Source of the DNA: Malacoraja senta | Lineage: Eukaryota | Reading direction: 5' to 3' | DNA length: 64,000 nucleotides | Assembly (NCBI GenBank): GCA_038087875.1 | Contig: CM075995.1 | Location: 9,302,001 to 9,366,000 of the forward strand | In this document: positions 1 to 12,492 of the stretch, in pieces | Layout: each line of letters starts with the position of its first letter | Numbering within the stretch: the first letter of the stretch is position 1 | Notes under the pieces: model-generated | What the model saw: the letters and a program-made list of their open reading frames with translations, nothing else | Databases searched by the model: none | Told to the model about the DNA's origin: nothing | Program-made: the position numbers and the translations under genes

Positions 1-480
1 CATATCTTTGATCACAATTTCTACTCTGTTCACTTGAAGGCTGGAAGATTTGATCAAACAGATAACATTTAATCATTTCTGTCTCGCGGTCTTGTGCACA
101 ATAATCTGTGATTGGAGTGCTTTATAAAATGATGAGTTATCAAGTTGCCAATCTTTGTAAATGTAAACAATTACAATGGTTGAATTGGTTGCCTGGTACA
201 GATTTATCCAAGGTCCCATCGGAGGGGCGGCCCCGAATGTTTGGCAGCATAATTGCACAAAGTTAATTTTTATCCAGTTTAAAATAAATATGTGGGCCAC
301 ATCATCCCTTGAATTTGTTTGTTATGGCTGACCTGTGACTGAAATTCATATTCCTGACCATATAACCGTCTCTCCCTGTCACGTAACTCTTGAAATTCTG
401 GTGTTATTCTAATCCATTTGCCTTGCTGTCTGTCACCCCAAGGTCCACATTGCCCAGAATTGTTCATGCTCCTCTCTTCG

Positions 481-632
481 TAGGAATAGAATTAGGTCAT
501 TCATCCCATCGAGTCTACTCTACTATTCAATCATGGCTGCTCTATTTTTACCCTTTGAACTACATTCTCCTGCCTTCTCCCCAAAACCTTTGACCCCTTC
601 AAGAACCCATCAATCTCCACTAAAAATTCCAA
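481..632 (-). mobile_element. CR1 LINE 3' end fragment (diverged)
   Basis: Reverse complement matches the CR1 3' UTR seen elsewhere in the window (GGGGAGAAGGCAGGAGAATG...AGCCATGATTGAAT...GTAGACTCGATGGG). Confidence 0.75.
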
Positions 633-1049
633 TAAACCGGAACAATTGTTGACGGACTGATGATTAGACCAATGAGCTGCCAATCGATCATTGCTAATGC
701 ATCTTCAAATACAAGTTAGCAGCATCATTATCAAATTTCTATTGTAAATCATTGCCAAGGACAGCACAATATTTTGTCTAACATATGCTCGGGCCAAATG
801 TAATTGCAAAGTTGTGATACAATAAACGGAATCTGATGTTTATTGCTCCCATTTCAAACCAAAAAAGTTTCAACTCCAAACTTTTTCAACAGTAGGCAGA
901 GACTCGGAGTGATTTGGCAATTACGGCTAATATCCAAGGTATCCAAGTTTTGATCGCTATTGATGTTCACTTGACCAGTGATTCCACCAGAAATGCATGT
1001 TAATGGAAATATCATCTTTAAGAATGAATACTACTGCATTAGCATGTCC

Positions 1050-1712
1050 AAGGACTTAAACTCCAGTACAATGGGTAGAGCAAAGGAAAAGGTACAGAGC
1101 GCAGAATATAGTTCTCAGCATTATCGCGCAATAGTTCCAGAGACAAAGACAATGTCCGCAATGAGGTAGAGGAGAATCGGACAGTACCCTAGTTTATAGA
1201 AGGTCCGTTCAGAAGCCTGATGAGAGAGGGGAAGAAGCTATTACTGAGTCTGATGGTGCGCGTTTTCAAGCTTCTGTACTTTTGCACCAACGGTGCGGAG
1301 AGAGGAAAAGGTCTTTGATTATTATGTCTGTTCCTACCCAAGGCAGCGTGAAGTGTAGACGGTGGGAGTCTGCTCCGTGTGATGGACTGGGCAATACCTA
1401 TAACCGCGGTCTTGGGTAAAAGGGTGATTGCAACCTGACTGTATGCTTTCGACTGTGTATCTGCAGAGCTATGTAAGAGTCGTTGGAGATGCCATATTTC
1501 CTCAGAGTGCTAAGGAAATAGAGACATTGGAGTGCCTTTCTTGGCTGTCACATCAATGTGGTTGGTTCACGACAGATCGCTAGTAATATATACATCAAGG
1601 AACTTGAAGCTCTCAACCATTTCCACTTAGGAACCATTGATGCTGATTGGGGCATGTCCCTCACCATGCTTCCTGAAATTGATAATGACGGAGAGGTCGT
1701 TGTCCTCTCACC
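1050..1712 (-). mobile_element. Rex1/Babar-type LINE 3' fragment (decayed)
   Basis: Minus strand gives decayed ...YRSLKTRTIRLSNSFFP, the same C-terminal motif as the better copy at 63422-63810. Confidence 0.7.
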
Positions 1713-1789
1713 ATGTAGACCAATAGGTGGGAGTAGGATGGAGAATTACACTGATGGATATAAAAATAAATTGGAAAGACTTCTACAAA

Positions 1790-2250
1790 AAGGCGGCATG
1801 ATGGTACATCGGTAGATTTGGTGCCTTCCAGCGCTTACAGCACCAGAGTCCCGGGTTCGATCCTGGCTATCGGTGCTTGTCTGCACGGAGAGTTTGTACA
1901 TTCTCCTGTGACCTGCATGGGCTTTTCAGAGAACTTCGATTTCCTCCCACCAAAGACGTACAGGTTTGTAGGTTAATTAGCTTGGTATAAATATAAAATT
2001 GTCCCTAATGTAGGATAGTGTTAATAGTCAGAGAGTCATAGTGATCCAGTGTGGAAACAGGTTCTTCGGCCCATTCGTGCAAGGGCCAACAAAATCCCAG
2101 CTACCCTAGTCCCACCTGCCTGCGCTTGGTCCATAAGCTTCCAAACCTCTCCTATCCATGTACCTGTTAATGTGCGGGTATTGCATCCTTCGGACTTGGT
2201 GGGCCGAAGGGCCTGTTTCCACACTGTATCTCTAAACTAAACTAAAACCA
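1790..2250 (+). mobile_element. tRNA-derived V-SINE (HE1-like), interrupted by a CR1 tail
   Basis: tRNA-like head with B box GGTTCGATCC, V-domain (GAGTTTGTACATTCTCCTGTGACCTGC...TTCCTCCCAC..AAAGACGTACAGG), tail GGGCCGAAGGGCCTGTTTCC...(AAACT)n. Confidence 0.85.
2026..2164 (-). mobile_element. CR1 3' tail inserted in the V-SINE
   Basis: 7-bp TSD TGTTAAT at 2019-2025 and 2165-2171; (TATGACTC)-type tail. Confidence 0.8.
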
Positions 2251-2384
2251 AAAGGTTTTAGAGAGGAGCCTCTCTAAAGGTGCTTTATTCCTGAGGGGTT
2301 CCTTTCTCTCTGGTTACCCTTTTTCCTTTTATGTGCTTGTAAAATTTCTTGGGATTATCCTTAATAGTATCTGCTATTGAAATG

Positions 2385-3650
2385 TTACAGCTACAGAGAA
2401 AGTGCAGATAAAAATAAGTGCAAGGGCCGTAACGAGATAGAATGGAAGATCAGGAATTCATCCTGAGCATACGAAAGGTCAATAGACAATAGGTGCAGGT
2501 GTAGGCCATTCGAGCCAGCACTGCCATTCAATGTGATCATGGCTGATCATTCCACAATCAGTACCCCGTTCCTGCCTTCTCCCCATATCCCCTGACTCCG
2601 CTATTATTAATCTAGCCCTATCTATCCATCTATCTCTTGAAAGTTTCCAGAGAACCGACCTCCAATGCCCTCTGAGGTAGAGAATTCCACAGACTCATAA
2701 CTCTCTGTGTGAAAAAGGGTTTCCTCATCTCCGTTCTAAATGGCTTACCCCTTATTCTTAAACTGTGACCCGTGGTTCTGGACTCCCCCAACATCGGGAA
2801 CATGTTCCTGCCCCTAGCGTATCCAAACCCTTAATAATCTTACATGTTTCAATAAGATACCCTCTCATCCAAAATTCCAGAGTATACAAGCCCAGCCGCT
2901 CCATTCTCTCAGCATATGACAGTCCCCGCCATCCCGGGAATTAACCTTGTGAACCTACGCTGCACTCCTTCAATAGCAAGAATGTCCTTCCTCAAATTTG
3001 GAGACCAAAACTGCACACAATACTCCTGGTGCGGTCTCACCAGGGCCCTGTACAACTGCAGAAGGACCTCTTTGCTCCTATACTCAACTCCTCTTGTTAT
3101 GAAGGCCAACATGCCATTCAAGAAAGGTCCATTCAAGAAAGTGATAACAGCAGGAAGAGACTGTTGTTGTGGTATGTTCTTGTAGCTTCTGCCTGATGGG
3201 AGAGCAGAGAAGAGAGGAAGACGTGGGTATGAGGGGTCTTTGATTAACTTAGCTGCTTCCCCAATCAGCAGTGTAGCTGGTGTACATGTGGGAGAGAGGC
3301 TGGTTTCTGTTATGGACTGGGTTGCATCCACAATTCTCAGCCACTTATTACAGTCTTGGTTATTACAGTTGACATCCCAAGCTATGATTAATCAAGATAG
3401 GATGCTCTCCATGGTGTATCTCTAGAAATTGGTAGTCATTGGAGACGAAGAATCTTCTTGGCCATCTGAGGATGTTGAAGTTGGTGTGCTTTGTGGCCAT
3501 TGCGTCAATGTGGCTGGATCATGACAAATTGTTAGTGATATTTCAAAGTCTCCACTTCAACACCATTGATACAGACTGGGGTAGGTACTCTGCCACTTCC
3601 TGATGTCCATGACCAGCTCATTCGTTTTCCTGACATTGAGAGAGAGGTCT
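2385..3650 (-). mobile_element. Rex1/Babar LINE 3' fragment split by a CR1 insertion
   Basis: ORF 2909..3331 reads ...KLIKDPSYPRLPLFSALPSGRSYKNI...PAVITFLN (Rex1-type C-terminus) fused to CR1 sequence. Confidence 0.75.
2481..3121 (-). mobile_element. 5'-truncated CR1 LINE
   Basis: NGMLAFITRGVEYRSKEVLLQLYRALVRPHQEYCVQFWSP motif; (TATTGTC) tail; TSD GAAAGGTC at 2473-2480 and 3122-3129. Confidence 0.9.
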
Positions 3651-4074
3651 GTGAAAGTATCTGTTGTTGATGGTATATCTGGCTGTGTTCTTAAAATCTT
3701 CGTGGACCAACTGGCTGGACATCTGCAACCTCTCAATGGTTTAGTTTATTAATGTCACGTCAAAAAATACCCTCCACACCTGTCTGTGGCAATGAATTCC
3801 ACAGCTCCACCACCCTCTGACTAAAGAAATTCCTCCATCTCCTTGCTAGAGGAAGGTTCTTTCATCCTGAGGGCACGTCCTCTGGTTCTAGACTCTCCCA
3901 CTCGTGGAAACATCATCTCCACAGGCCTTTCAGCTGTGATGATTCTCTCCAGCTATCAGATCTTCAACATGCGACCCGTTGGTTTGAGTAGAGCTTTGCT
4001 TATAATGTAATAACGAGAAACTGCAGATGCTGGCTGGTTTATACCAAAGATAAACTCAAAATGCATCAATCTTT

Positions 4075-4546
4075 TTAATTTCTTCCCAGTTACTATCAGG
4101 CAACTGAACTGTCCTCTACCAACCCAGAGAGCAGTCCTGACCTATCATCTACCTACAATATCATTAATCAGACTTTACTGGACTTCATCTTACACTAAAC
4201 GTTATACCCATTATCATGTATCTGTACACTGTGGATGGCTTGATTGTAATCATGTATAGTCCTTTCGCTCCCTGGATAGCACGCAACAAAAAGGTTTTCA
4301 CTGTACCGCAATACATAAATAATAATACCGCAATACATGACCATAATAAACTAAACAGAAGGCAGTGGAGGCCGAATCACTGGATGTTTTCAAGAGAGAG
4401 TTAGATATAGCTCTAGGGGCTAATGGAATCAAGGGATATGGGGATAAAGCAGGAACGGGGTACTGATTTTAGATGATCGTATTGAATGGCGGTGCTGACT
4501 CGAAGGTACGAATGGCCTACTCCTGCCCCTATTTTCTATGTTTCTA
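4075..4546 (+). mobile_element. Rex1-type 3' UTR (to ~4355) followed by a CR1 3' end
   Basis: TTCTTCCCAGTTACTATCAGGCAACTGAAC...AATAAACTAAAC, then CR1 GCAGTGGAGGCC...CCTATTTTCTATGTTTCT. Confidence 0.75.
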
Positions 4547-5559
4547 AACTATTACTCTGGCATTTTGTGTCTATCCTTGCGTATGTTTTTTGAGAATTTG
4601 TTAGGAAAATGACTCGTTGAATTTGGCAACTGGTGTACGCTGCATGGATTCAATAATGTAATCACTTCTTTTATCTGCTACCGGATTTGATCGGGATGGT
4701 TTGCCAGCACTGGATATATAACATTTGCGTGGGTGCATTTTGTTTTCCTTCCGTTAGAATAATTTTAATTCCAAAATGTTTTTCATTATAGTGATGTTAA
4801 ACAATGAACAGAGATCCATGAATAATGTGTAAAGCTTGCAGATGTACTCATTGTATTGAATATCCGATGTAATGCGTTCAAAACAAATGGGGGAGAAATG
4901 AATCAGTTAAGACTGGTAGGAAAGCAGCAAAATGGACCAATTGTAATTGTTTATAAAAAAACGTTCCAATGTGCTTGCTTATTTTGTAGTTTGTTTCATG
5001 ACTGATTAGTGATGCTTTTTATTTCTCCCATGGAGCTCAGCTTTGGGACCTCAATTTGCATCCATTGGCAATTTTAATGAATGGATTATAGGATTGGCCC
5101 TGAATAGCCAATTTCTCAGAAATGTTGGATTGTTTTTCAGAGCATGAAGCTGATCCATAGATATAAAACCCATGCAAATCGGAATGAGGACAGAGTGTTC
5201 AACGCTGATGATGATTTTCACAATCATGCCACTGATGGGAAAATTAGCAACTTTCTTTTCTCCATCCCATCACACTTTCTTCCAAACCACCCCCCTTCCC
5301 TGGCTCTTTCTCCCCTCTTGTCTGGCCACTCTCACCTCTTCTCGCCTGTCCTCTCTCTATAATGAGTAAGGTCCAATGTGAACAATGCCAGTCATCTACT
5401 CATTGATTACAGCTCAGCCAACAGCATGATGCCAAATAAGCTCACTCCAAAACATTTGGACTTTTGGCCCCACTTCTCCATGAGCCCTCTCCCCCAACAC
5501 CTATCTCCACCCCCCCCTCCCCCCCAGGTTCTTCTCCCCTGCAACCATAGGTCAGAATT

Positions 5560-6135
5560 TGTAGAGTCATATAGCACAGCAGCTGGTCTTTTTGACTCAA
5601 CACGCCGACCAAAATGTCCGATCTAAGCTAGCCCCGTTTGCCTGCATTTGGCCCATACCACCTAAACCTTTCTTATCCTTGTACCAGTCCAGATATCTTA
5701 AATGCATTTACTGTACATGCTTCACCTGCCTCCTCTGACAGCTTGTTCTATGTATACATACCCTTGATTCTGTGGATGACTTAATTATCATCATGTATTG
5801 TCTTTCGGCTGACTGGTTAGCACACAACAAAAGCTTTTCACTGTACCTCTGTACATGTGACAATAAACTAAACTCAAACTCTGCCCCTTAGGTTCCCGTT
5901 AAATCTTTCCCCACTCACCTTAAATATATGTTCCCTGGTTCTTGATTCCCCTACCCTGGCCAAAAGCCTCATTCACCCTATCTATTCCCCTCGTTATTTT
6001 ATACACCTCTAAGATCACCCAACAGCCTCCTGCGCTCCAAGGAATAAAGTCCTAGCTTGATCAGCATCTTCCTATAGCTCAGGCCCTCGTCCTTGCAACA
6101 TCCTCGTAAATCTTCTCTGCGCCCTTTCCAGTTCA
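5560..6135 (-). mobile_element. CR1 3' fragment with a nested Rex1-type tail (~5770-5880, +)
   Basis: GLSYRKMLIKLGLYSLERRRLLGDL on the minus strand. Confidence 0.8.
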
Positions 6136-6146
6136 TTAACATGGAG

Positions 6147-6392
6147 TTTAAGAAGGAACTGCAGATGCTGGAAAATCGAAGGTAGACAAAAGTGCTGGAG
6201 AAACTCAGCGGATGCAGCAGCATCTATGGAGCGAAGGAAATAGGCAATGTTGCCTATTTCCTTCGCTCCATAGAAGGCAATGTTTCGGGCCGAAACCCTT
6301 CAGGGTTTCGGCCCAAAACGTTGCCTATTTCCTTCGCTCCATAGATGCTGCTGCACCCGCTGAGTTTCTCCAGCACTTTTGTCTACCTTCAA
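6147..6392. mobile_element. Hairpin mini-Penelope element (family 2)
   Basis: Inverted arms AGACAAAAGTGCTGGAGAAACTCAGCG.../...CGCTGAGTTTCTCCAGCACTTTTGTCT; TSD TAACATGGAG at 6137-6146 and 6393-6402. Confidence 0.8.
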
Positions 6393-6469
6393 TAACATGG
6401 AGGTTCAAGTAACTCAGATGGAATATCCACTGCTGTCTTAAATATGTTTCAATTATTTCGAGGAGGTTA

Positions 6470-7252
6470 TTCATGGGTTTAAGGTGAGAGGGGCAAAATT
6501 TAAATGAGATTTGCGGGACAGAGTTGAACTCTTTTCACACAGAGTTGTGGGTGCCTGGAAAGCACAGCCAGGACTGTTGGTAGAGGCTTCTAAGAGGCTT
6601 TTCGATAGGCACATGGATATGCAGTGACTGGAAGGATATGTATCATGTGCAGGCAGAGGAGATTAGTTTAACTTGGCATTGTGCTCAGCATGGACGTTGT
6701 GGGCCAAAGGGCTTGTCCCCGTGCCATAGGCACACAATGTGGAAACAGGCCATTCAGCCCAACTAGCTCACACCAACCAACATGTCAAATCCACATTAGC
6801 CCCACCTGCCTGTGTTTAGCTCATATCCCTCTAAACCTATCCTATCCATGTACCTGCCTGAATGTTTCTTAAACACTGCAACAGTACCAGCCTCAACTAC
6901 CTCTCCTGACAGTTCGTTCCATGCACTCACCACCCTTTGTGTGAAAAGGTTACCCCTCAGGTTCCTATTAAATCTTTTCCCCTTCACCTTAAACCTATGT
7001 CCTCTGGTCCTCGATTCCCCTACTCTGGGCAGGAGACTGTGCTCTATTCCTCTCATGATTTTACACACATCTATAAGATCACCCCCTCAGCCTCCTGTGC
7101 TCCAACGAATAGAGTCCCAGCCTGCTCAACCTCTCCCTGTAGCTCAGGCCCTTGATTCCTGGCAACATCCTCGTTAATCTTCTCTGCACCTTTTCCAGCT
7201 TGACATCATCTTTCCTATAACATGGTGCCCAGAACTGAACACAATGCTCTAA
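6470..7252. mobile_element. Two tail-to-tail CR1 3' fragments (+ to ~6725, - from ~6728)
   Basis: ORF 6796..7068(-) SRTRGHRFKVKGKRFNRNLRGNLFTQRVVSAWNEL is the CR1 ORF2 C-terminus. Confidence 0.85.
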
Positions 7253-8657
7253 AAATACTCTGTGCTGTACTGTTTATGTTCTATTCCTGGGATCCTGATC
7301 CCTTACTCAATATCACAAGAAAGCACATGATCAGGTCCTTGTACCTTGATGTTGTGGGACCTTGCTGCATCCAACTTGCCTGATAAAATGTTCACAGCGC
7401 CAGAGTGACCAAACCTCCGAAGGAATTTATTTACTGAAAAACCCAAAGGGCATCTCAGGTCACAAATGATGTCATATGTACACATTCCTTTCTTTTGCAC
7501 GTAATTGACTTGAAATAAGCTGGAAAATACCAGAGCGATGGGTTCCTACATCCTTAAAATTGAAAAGCGAGAGAAATGTGTTTGGCTACAAACATTTGCA
7601 GCTTGCGGCTGAAAGAGGTTTTATTCTGCTTACTCGAGCAAGGCAGCTCTACTGTAGGTGCTGTTGCTATGGAAAAGTGGGTGGATTCCTGTAAACCTCC
7701 AACAGATTGCATCTGAACAAATCATAGAATGAATCTAATCTGATGTGGCAGGGCGATTCAGGTGTGCCGAGGCACACAGGCTAGGGATGACATGTCAAGC
7801 AGCTGCTAATGTGGTCAATGGAAAGATTGGTCAGAAAACGTTGCAGCTGAAATACGACACGCTTTGTTATGTTTGCATGGAATTACCGGCTGCTGGCTGA
7901 ATGCTTTGCATAATTTTTAAAATCATTTTACTATTAATGGGAAAAATTCTTATTTGCTTTTCTTAGTATCTATGTTGATTGACGCTGAACTTTGAAATCA
8001 TGGTGTCTGGATCACAGCCATATTTGTTCTCTAAAATTGCACTGCCTGTTCGAATGTGTGTGGCATCCAAATATATTGGGATTTCTGTTACAGCTGTGTC
8101 TACGTTATTGTTTGATGTGAATGAAATGCATGCTAATATTGAGCACATTTCTGTGCTTCTCTGCTTGCTGTATGCCTCTCCATGCATGTGCCCTCTCCAC
8201 TTTATTATTCTACTCGAATGTGGATGTTTTCAACTCCTCTAATAATTTTTTTTTTGTATCTGTGTGTCACTGTTTCCATCTCTTTGTTTCTATGGTTGTG
8301 TGCGTACATCTGTGTCAATCTGCTCTACATATGTCTGCATGTAGGTATACGCACAATCAAGGAAAACATCAACCATTTGGTTTATGTTCTCTGAAGCACT
8401 GTGAATACAGGTTATGTTAAAGGTATTTCAGTTGAACCTAGGGGATGCAGGTTGCTAATAGCAGAGGACTTTTTGATTGCCGCATCTCTTCCTTAAACCT
8501 TGCTTAAGCTCGAGATCCTGATGTATTCCAAAAGGCTGTCTGTTCTGTAAGTTCTTTCGCTGAAGAACATTTCACAAATTATATTTTGATATAATGCGTT
8601 ATGCATTAGTTTTATAATGGACAGTTGTAAAATAAACATCTTGCACTTTTGTGTATT

Positions 8658-9715
8658 AAACTCCATTAACCATTCCTCAGTCCACCTCCCCAACTGATTA
8701 CGATCCTCTCAGTCCGCCTGGACCTACCTGATCGCCTGGTTGCCAAACACTTTAATTCCCCTTCCCATTCCCACACTAACCTTTCTGTCCTGGACCTCCT
8801 CTATTGTCAGAGTGAAGCCAAACGTAAATTGGAGGAACAGCACCTCATATTTTGCTTGGGTACCTTACACCTTACACGGAAGATGGTCCAGAACTAAATG
8901 TGTTTCAAAAGAAACTAATGGACTATGGGTTAATAACTGGAAAAAAGCTAATTCTAAAATTTTGGAAGAAGGCTCCAATACCAACTATAAATATGTGGAT
9001 TTCAAATATGTTTGAAACATTACACCTAGAAGAGATAAGACTCCTCCTAGCAGGTAAACCAGATCACTTCCACCTGACGTGGTCTGCATTTATAGAATTA
9101 TTACAAACATAGGGTGCAAAAGTACTTTTAAAAAAAAAATTGAGGTCAGGTAAGGGGGGATGATAGTTGAAGAGTTGGTATGTCCCATTTACGTAATGCT
9201 CATAAAAATATTTGTTTCTCTCTTTTTCCTCTTTCTCTCTTTCTTTCTTTCCTAGGGTCTATTTCTTAACTCTTTTTCTTTTGTTTTTAATTTTGCTCTT
9301 ATAGGGTCTTCGTCCTTTTTTGTTGTCACATTTCCTACACTTTCACTTTTTCCTTCACTTTCTTCTTTCTTTCAATCTTTTCATTTTCTAGTGTAAAAAA
9401 TAAATGGAGTACATTAATTGTAAGAAGATATAAATGACAAGTACTAATGTATGTGGTTGTAATGTAATGTACTTCTAATAAAATACAAATTAAAAAAAAA
9501 AAAACTCCATTAACCATTCCTCAGTCCACCTCCCCAACTGATTACGATCCTCTCAGTCCGCCTGGACCTACCTGATCTCCTGGTTGCCAAACACTTTAAT
9601 TCCCCTTCCCATTCCCACACTAACCTTTCTGTCCTGGACCTCCTCTATTGTCAGAATGAAGCCAAACGTAAATTGGAGGAACAGCACCTCATATTTTGCT
9701 TGGGTACCTTACACC
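8658..9715 (+). repeat. 214-bp direct duplication (8658-8871 / 9502-9715) flanking an L1 insertion
   Basis: Two copies with 2 mismatches by eye; they bracket the L1 fragment exactly. Confidence 0.9.
8872..9501 (+). mobile_element. 5'-truncated L1-clade LINE (ORF2 C-terminus, T-rich 3' UTR, poly-A)
   Basis: KKLILKFWKKAPIPTINMWISNMFETLHLEEIRLLLAGKPDHFHLTWSAFIELL resembles the fish L1 ORF2 end; AATAAA at ~9477 followed by an A-tract. Confidence 0.8.
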
Positions 9716-10070
9716 CCAGCGGTATGAACATTGACTTCTCTAACTTCAAGTAACCCTTGCAACCGTCCGTCCCCCAATCAAGTCGTTGTACGAGCTTCAA
9801 AGTCGTCTTGTTGAGTCTCATTGTATGTAATTAATTTTCATCTAGGCCACAGCTAACAATGGCCTGTCTCCTTTATCATCATTACTTTTTTGCATATCTT
9901 TCATTCATCTGTTCTTTATCTCTCTATATCACCATATATATTTCTTGTTTCCCTTTCCCCTGACTCTCAATCTGAAGAAGGCTCTTGACCCCAAATGTCA
10001 CTGATTCCTTTTTTGCCAGAAATGCTGTCTGACCCGCTGAGTTACTCCAGCTTTTTGTGTTTATCTTCGA
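9550..10070 (+). mobile_element. Penelope-like element 3' end: GIY-YIG C-terminus and 3' UTR with decayed hammerhead
   Basis: Translates VAKHFNSPSHSHTNLSVLDLLYCQNEAKRKLEEQHLIFCLGTLHPSGMNIDFSNFK* (stop 9751-9753); CTGAAGAAGG at ~9972. Confidence 0.85.
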
Positions 10071-10395
10071 CCAAGATTTTGACAACCACTTTTCCTTGTT
10101 ACGATGCCACCCAGTTTCGTGTCTTCTGCAAATGTACTAATCATGCCAATGTGCATTCTCAACTAAATCATAAGCCACAAATAACAAAGGGCCCAGCACT
10201 GACCCCTGAGTCACACCACCAGTCACAGGTCTCCTGTCTGAAAAACAACCTTCCACCCTCACCCTCCGCTTCCTTCCATGGAGCCACTTCTCACTCCAAT
10301 CGGCTAGCGCTTCCATGTGATCTAACCTTCCAGTGCAACCTACCATGCAGAACCTTATTAAATGCCTTGCTGAAGGATGTATAGACAAGGTAGAC

Positions 10396-10670
10396 ATTCA
10401 GATCCTTTTTCCCAGCGTGGAAATGTCACAGATAGCTTCATGGTGAAAGGGGAAAAGTTTAAAGGAGATGTGTGAGGCAAGTTTCTTTACACAGACTAGT
10501 GTTGGGTGCCTGGAACGTGTTGCCAGGGGTGGTAGTGGGGCAAATATGATAGTGAGATTTTAGAGGCTTTTAGATAGACACATTGATATAGGGACAAAGT
10601 TTACATGCAGGCAGATGAGATTTGTTTGCCTTGCATGGCCAAAAGTGTCTGCGCTGTGCAGTTCAATGTA
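10396..10670 (+). mobile_element. CR1 3' end (old)
   Basis: TTTAAAGGAGATGTGTGAGGCAAG...GGGTGCCTGGAACG...TTTTAGATAGACAC. Confidence 0.7.
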
Positions 10671-11254
10671 TGTCAAAGCTCTTCCTCCCCACTCTCGTGA
10701 CACAAGTGCCATGTGTGATGACATTTAAACTCTGAATGGAATTTTAGTACTGAATGTGCGTTCAACAGAAATTTTGATTTTGTGGGGGAGAATACAAGCA
10801 AATTCATCATTGTGAGCAAAATATTTTGCCATCAATTTAATGTCAGTATACCCACTGTTTTTGCATTATGACTCGTATGGTTGCTCATGTTTTCATTCCT
10901 AACGTGTATTAGATATGATCGGAATTATAAAGTTAGATAAAATACATTTCCAAAATGTAGTTGGTCCGTGGCAGAGCATGGTCAGTCATGACCGAGGGGG
11001 GCCTACGATACAGGTGGACATACATGACAGAGCATTAAGCTTGTGATTTAACTTATCAATTGTAGAACTATGTCGGCAGGTTTTTCACAGAAATAATTGC
11101 AATAAAATTTCTTTGCAGGTAATGACTTTAATGATTTATTTAATACTGCTTTACAGTAATATGTAATTTGGAAATGTCAGCATTTTGTTGGTATTGCCAC
11201 ACATGACATCAATTTCTTTATGAACAAGATAAGCAGGAGTAGAATCATGGTGGC

Positions 11255-11970
11255 ATTGAACATGGAAACAGGCCTTTCGACCCAACTTGTCCTTGCCGAC
11301 TAGGTTTTATAGTTGAGTTGTGTTTGGCCCATATCCCTCTCGACTTTCCTATCCATGTATCTGTCTAAGAAGAGTCTCAATTTAGAGTCTTTAGAGAAAA
11401 GTCTCTACCTGTTTAAATGCTGAAGATTTTAAAGTTTGTAATTGTACCACCCTCTCCCTCTCCCTCTCCCTCTCCCACTTCCACTCCCTCTCCCACTTCC
11501 CACTGGCTTTTCATCCTTCATACCTATCACGTTGTGTAGTAAAGGTTGCCACTTAGTCCTAGACAATAGACAATAGGCAATAGGTGTAGGAGTAGGCCAT
11601 ACCGCCATTCAATGTGATCATGGCTGATCATCCCCAATCAGTACCCCGTTCCTGCCTTCTCCCCATATCCCCTGACTCCGCTATTTTTAAGAGCCCTATC
11701 TAGCTCTCTCTTGAAAGCATCCAGAGAACCGGCCTCCACCACCCTCTGAGGCAGAGAATTCCACCAACTCACCACTCCCTGTGAGAAAAAGTGTTTCCTC
11801 GTCTCCGTTCTAAATGGCTTACCCCTTATTCTTAAAAGTCCTCTTGTATCATTCCCCCCTCACTTTAATCCAATGCCCTCTGGTTTTGGACTTCCTGGGG
11901 TCTGCGGCCCTTCACCTTATCCTATGCCTCTTATGATTTTGCATACCGATGTAACGTCATTCCTTAGCCT
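11255..11970 (-). mobile_element. Old CR1 3' fragment with a younger CR1 (11561-11835) nested
   Basis: (TAGACAA)n tail at 11560 plus the CR1 3' UTR; host CR1 on both sides. Confidence 0.75.
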
Positions 11971-12014
11971 CGTACACTCATGCACTTTGTCTGACTTTGG
12001 TGGTTGGTACGTTT

Positions 12015-12492
12015 TATTATAAAGGATGAGGTTACGGAGTACTTAGAAGTTCATGATCGGCTGAAGTCAGCATGGTTTTGTAGAGGAGAGGTCTTGCCTG
12101 ACAAATCTGCTGGAATTCTTTGAGTATTTTGCGTTTGTGTTTTATGACTGTAGGCAGATCAATTTGCCTCCTGCGATAAATAAAGTTCCATTGTATCGAA
12201 AGTAAATAGCAGGACAGACATAAGGAGAGTCAGTAGATGCTGTTTACCTGGATTTTTAGAAAGCCTTTGATAACATTCCATGTGTGAGGCTGCTAAGGAA
12301 GATGAGAGCCCATGGTGTCAAAGGGCAGGTACTAGCATAGATAGCAGGTTGGCTGGATGGCAGAAGGCAAAGAGTGGCAATAAAGGGGGCTTTTTCTGGT
12401 TGGCTGCCAGTGACTAGCGGAGTTTCGCAGGGGGCGGTGCTAGGGCTGCTACTCTTCACGTTGTATATTAATGATTTGGATGAGGGGATTGA
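12015..12492 (+). mobile_element. CR1 RT fragment
   Basis: Decayed QHGF..RSCLTNLLEFFE, YLDF.KAFD and VTSGVSQGAVLG motifs. Confidence 0.85.

Larger units (their letters stand above)
8635..10395 (-). mobile_element. CR1 RT fragment (8635-8708 and ~10072-10395) split by PLE and L1 insertions
   Basis: GRWTEEWLMEFNTQKCK (ORF 8493..8693) and VTGGVTQGSVLGPLLF (ORF 10137..10397) are collinear CR1 RT motifs. Confidence 0.75.
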
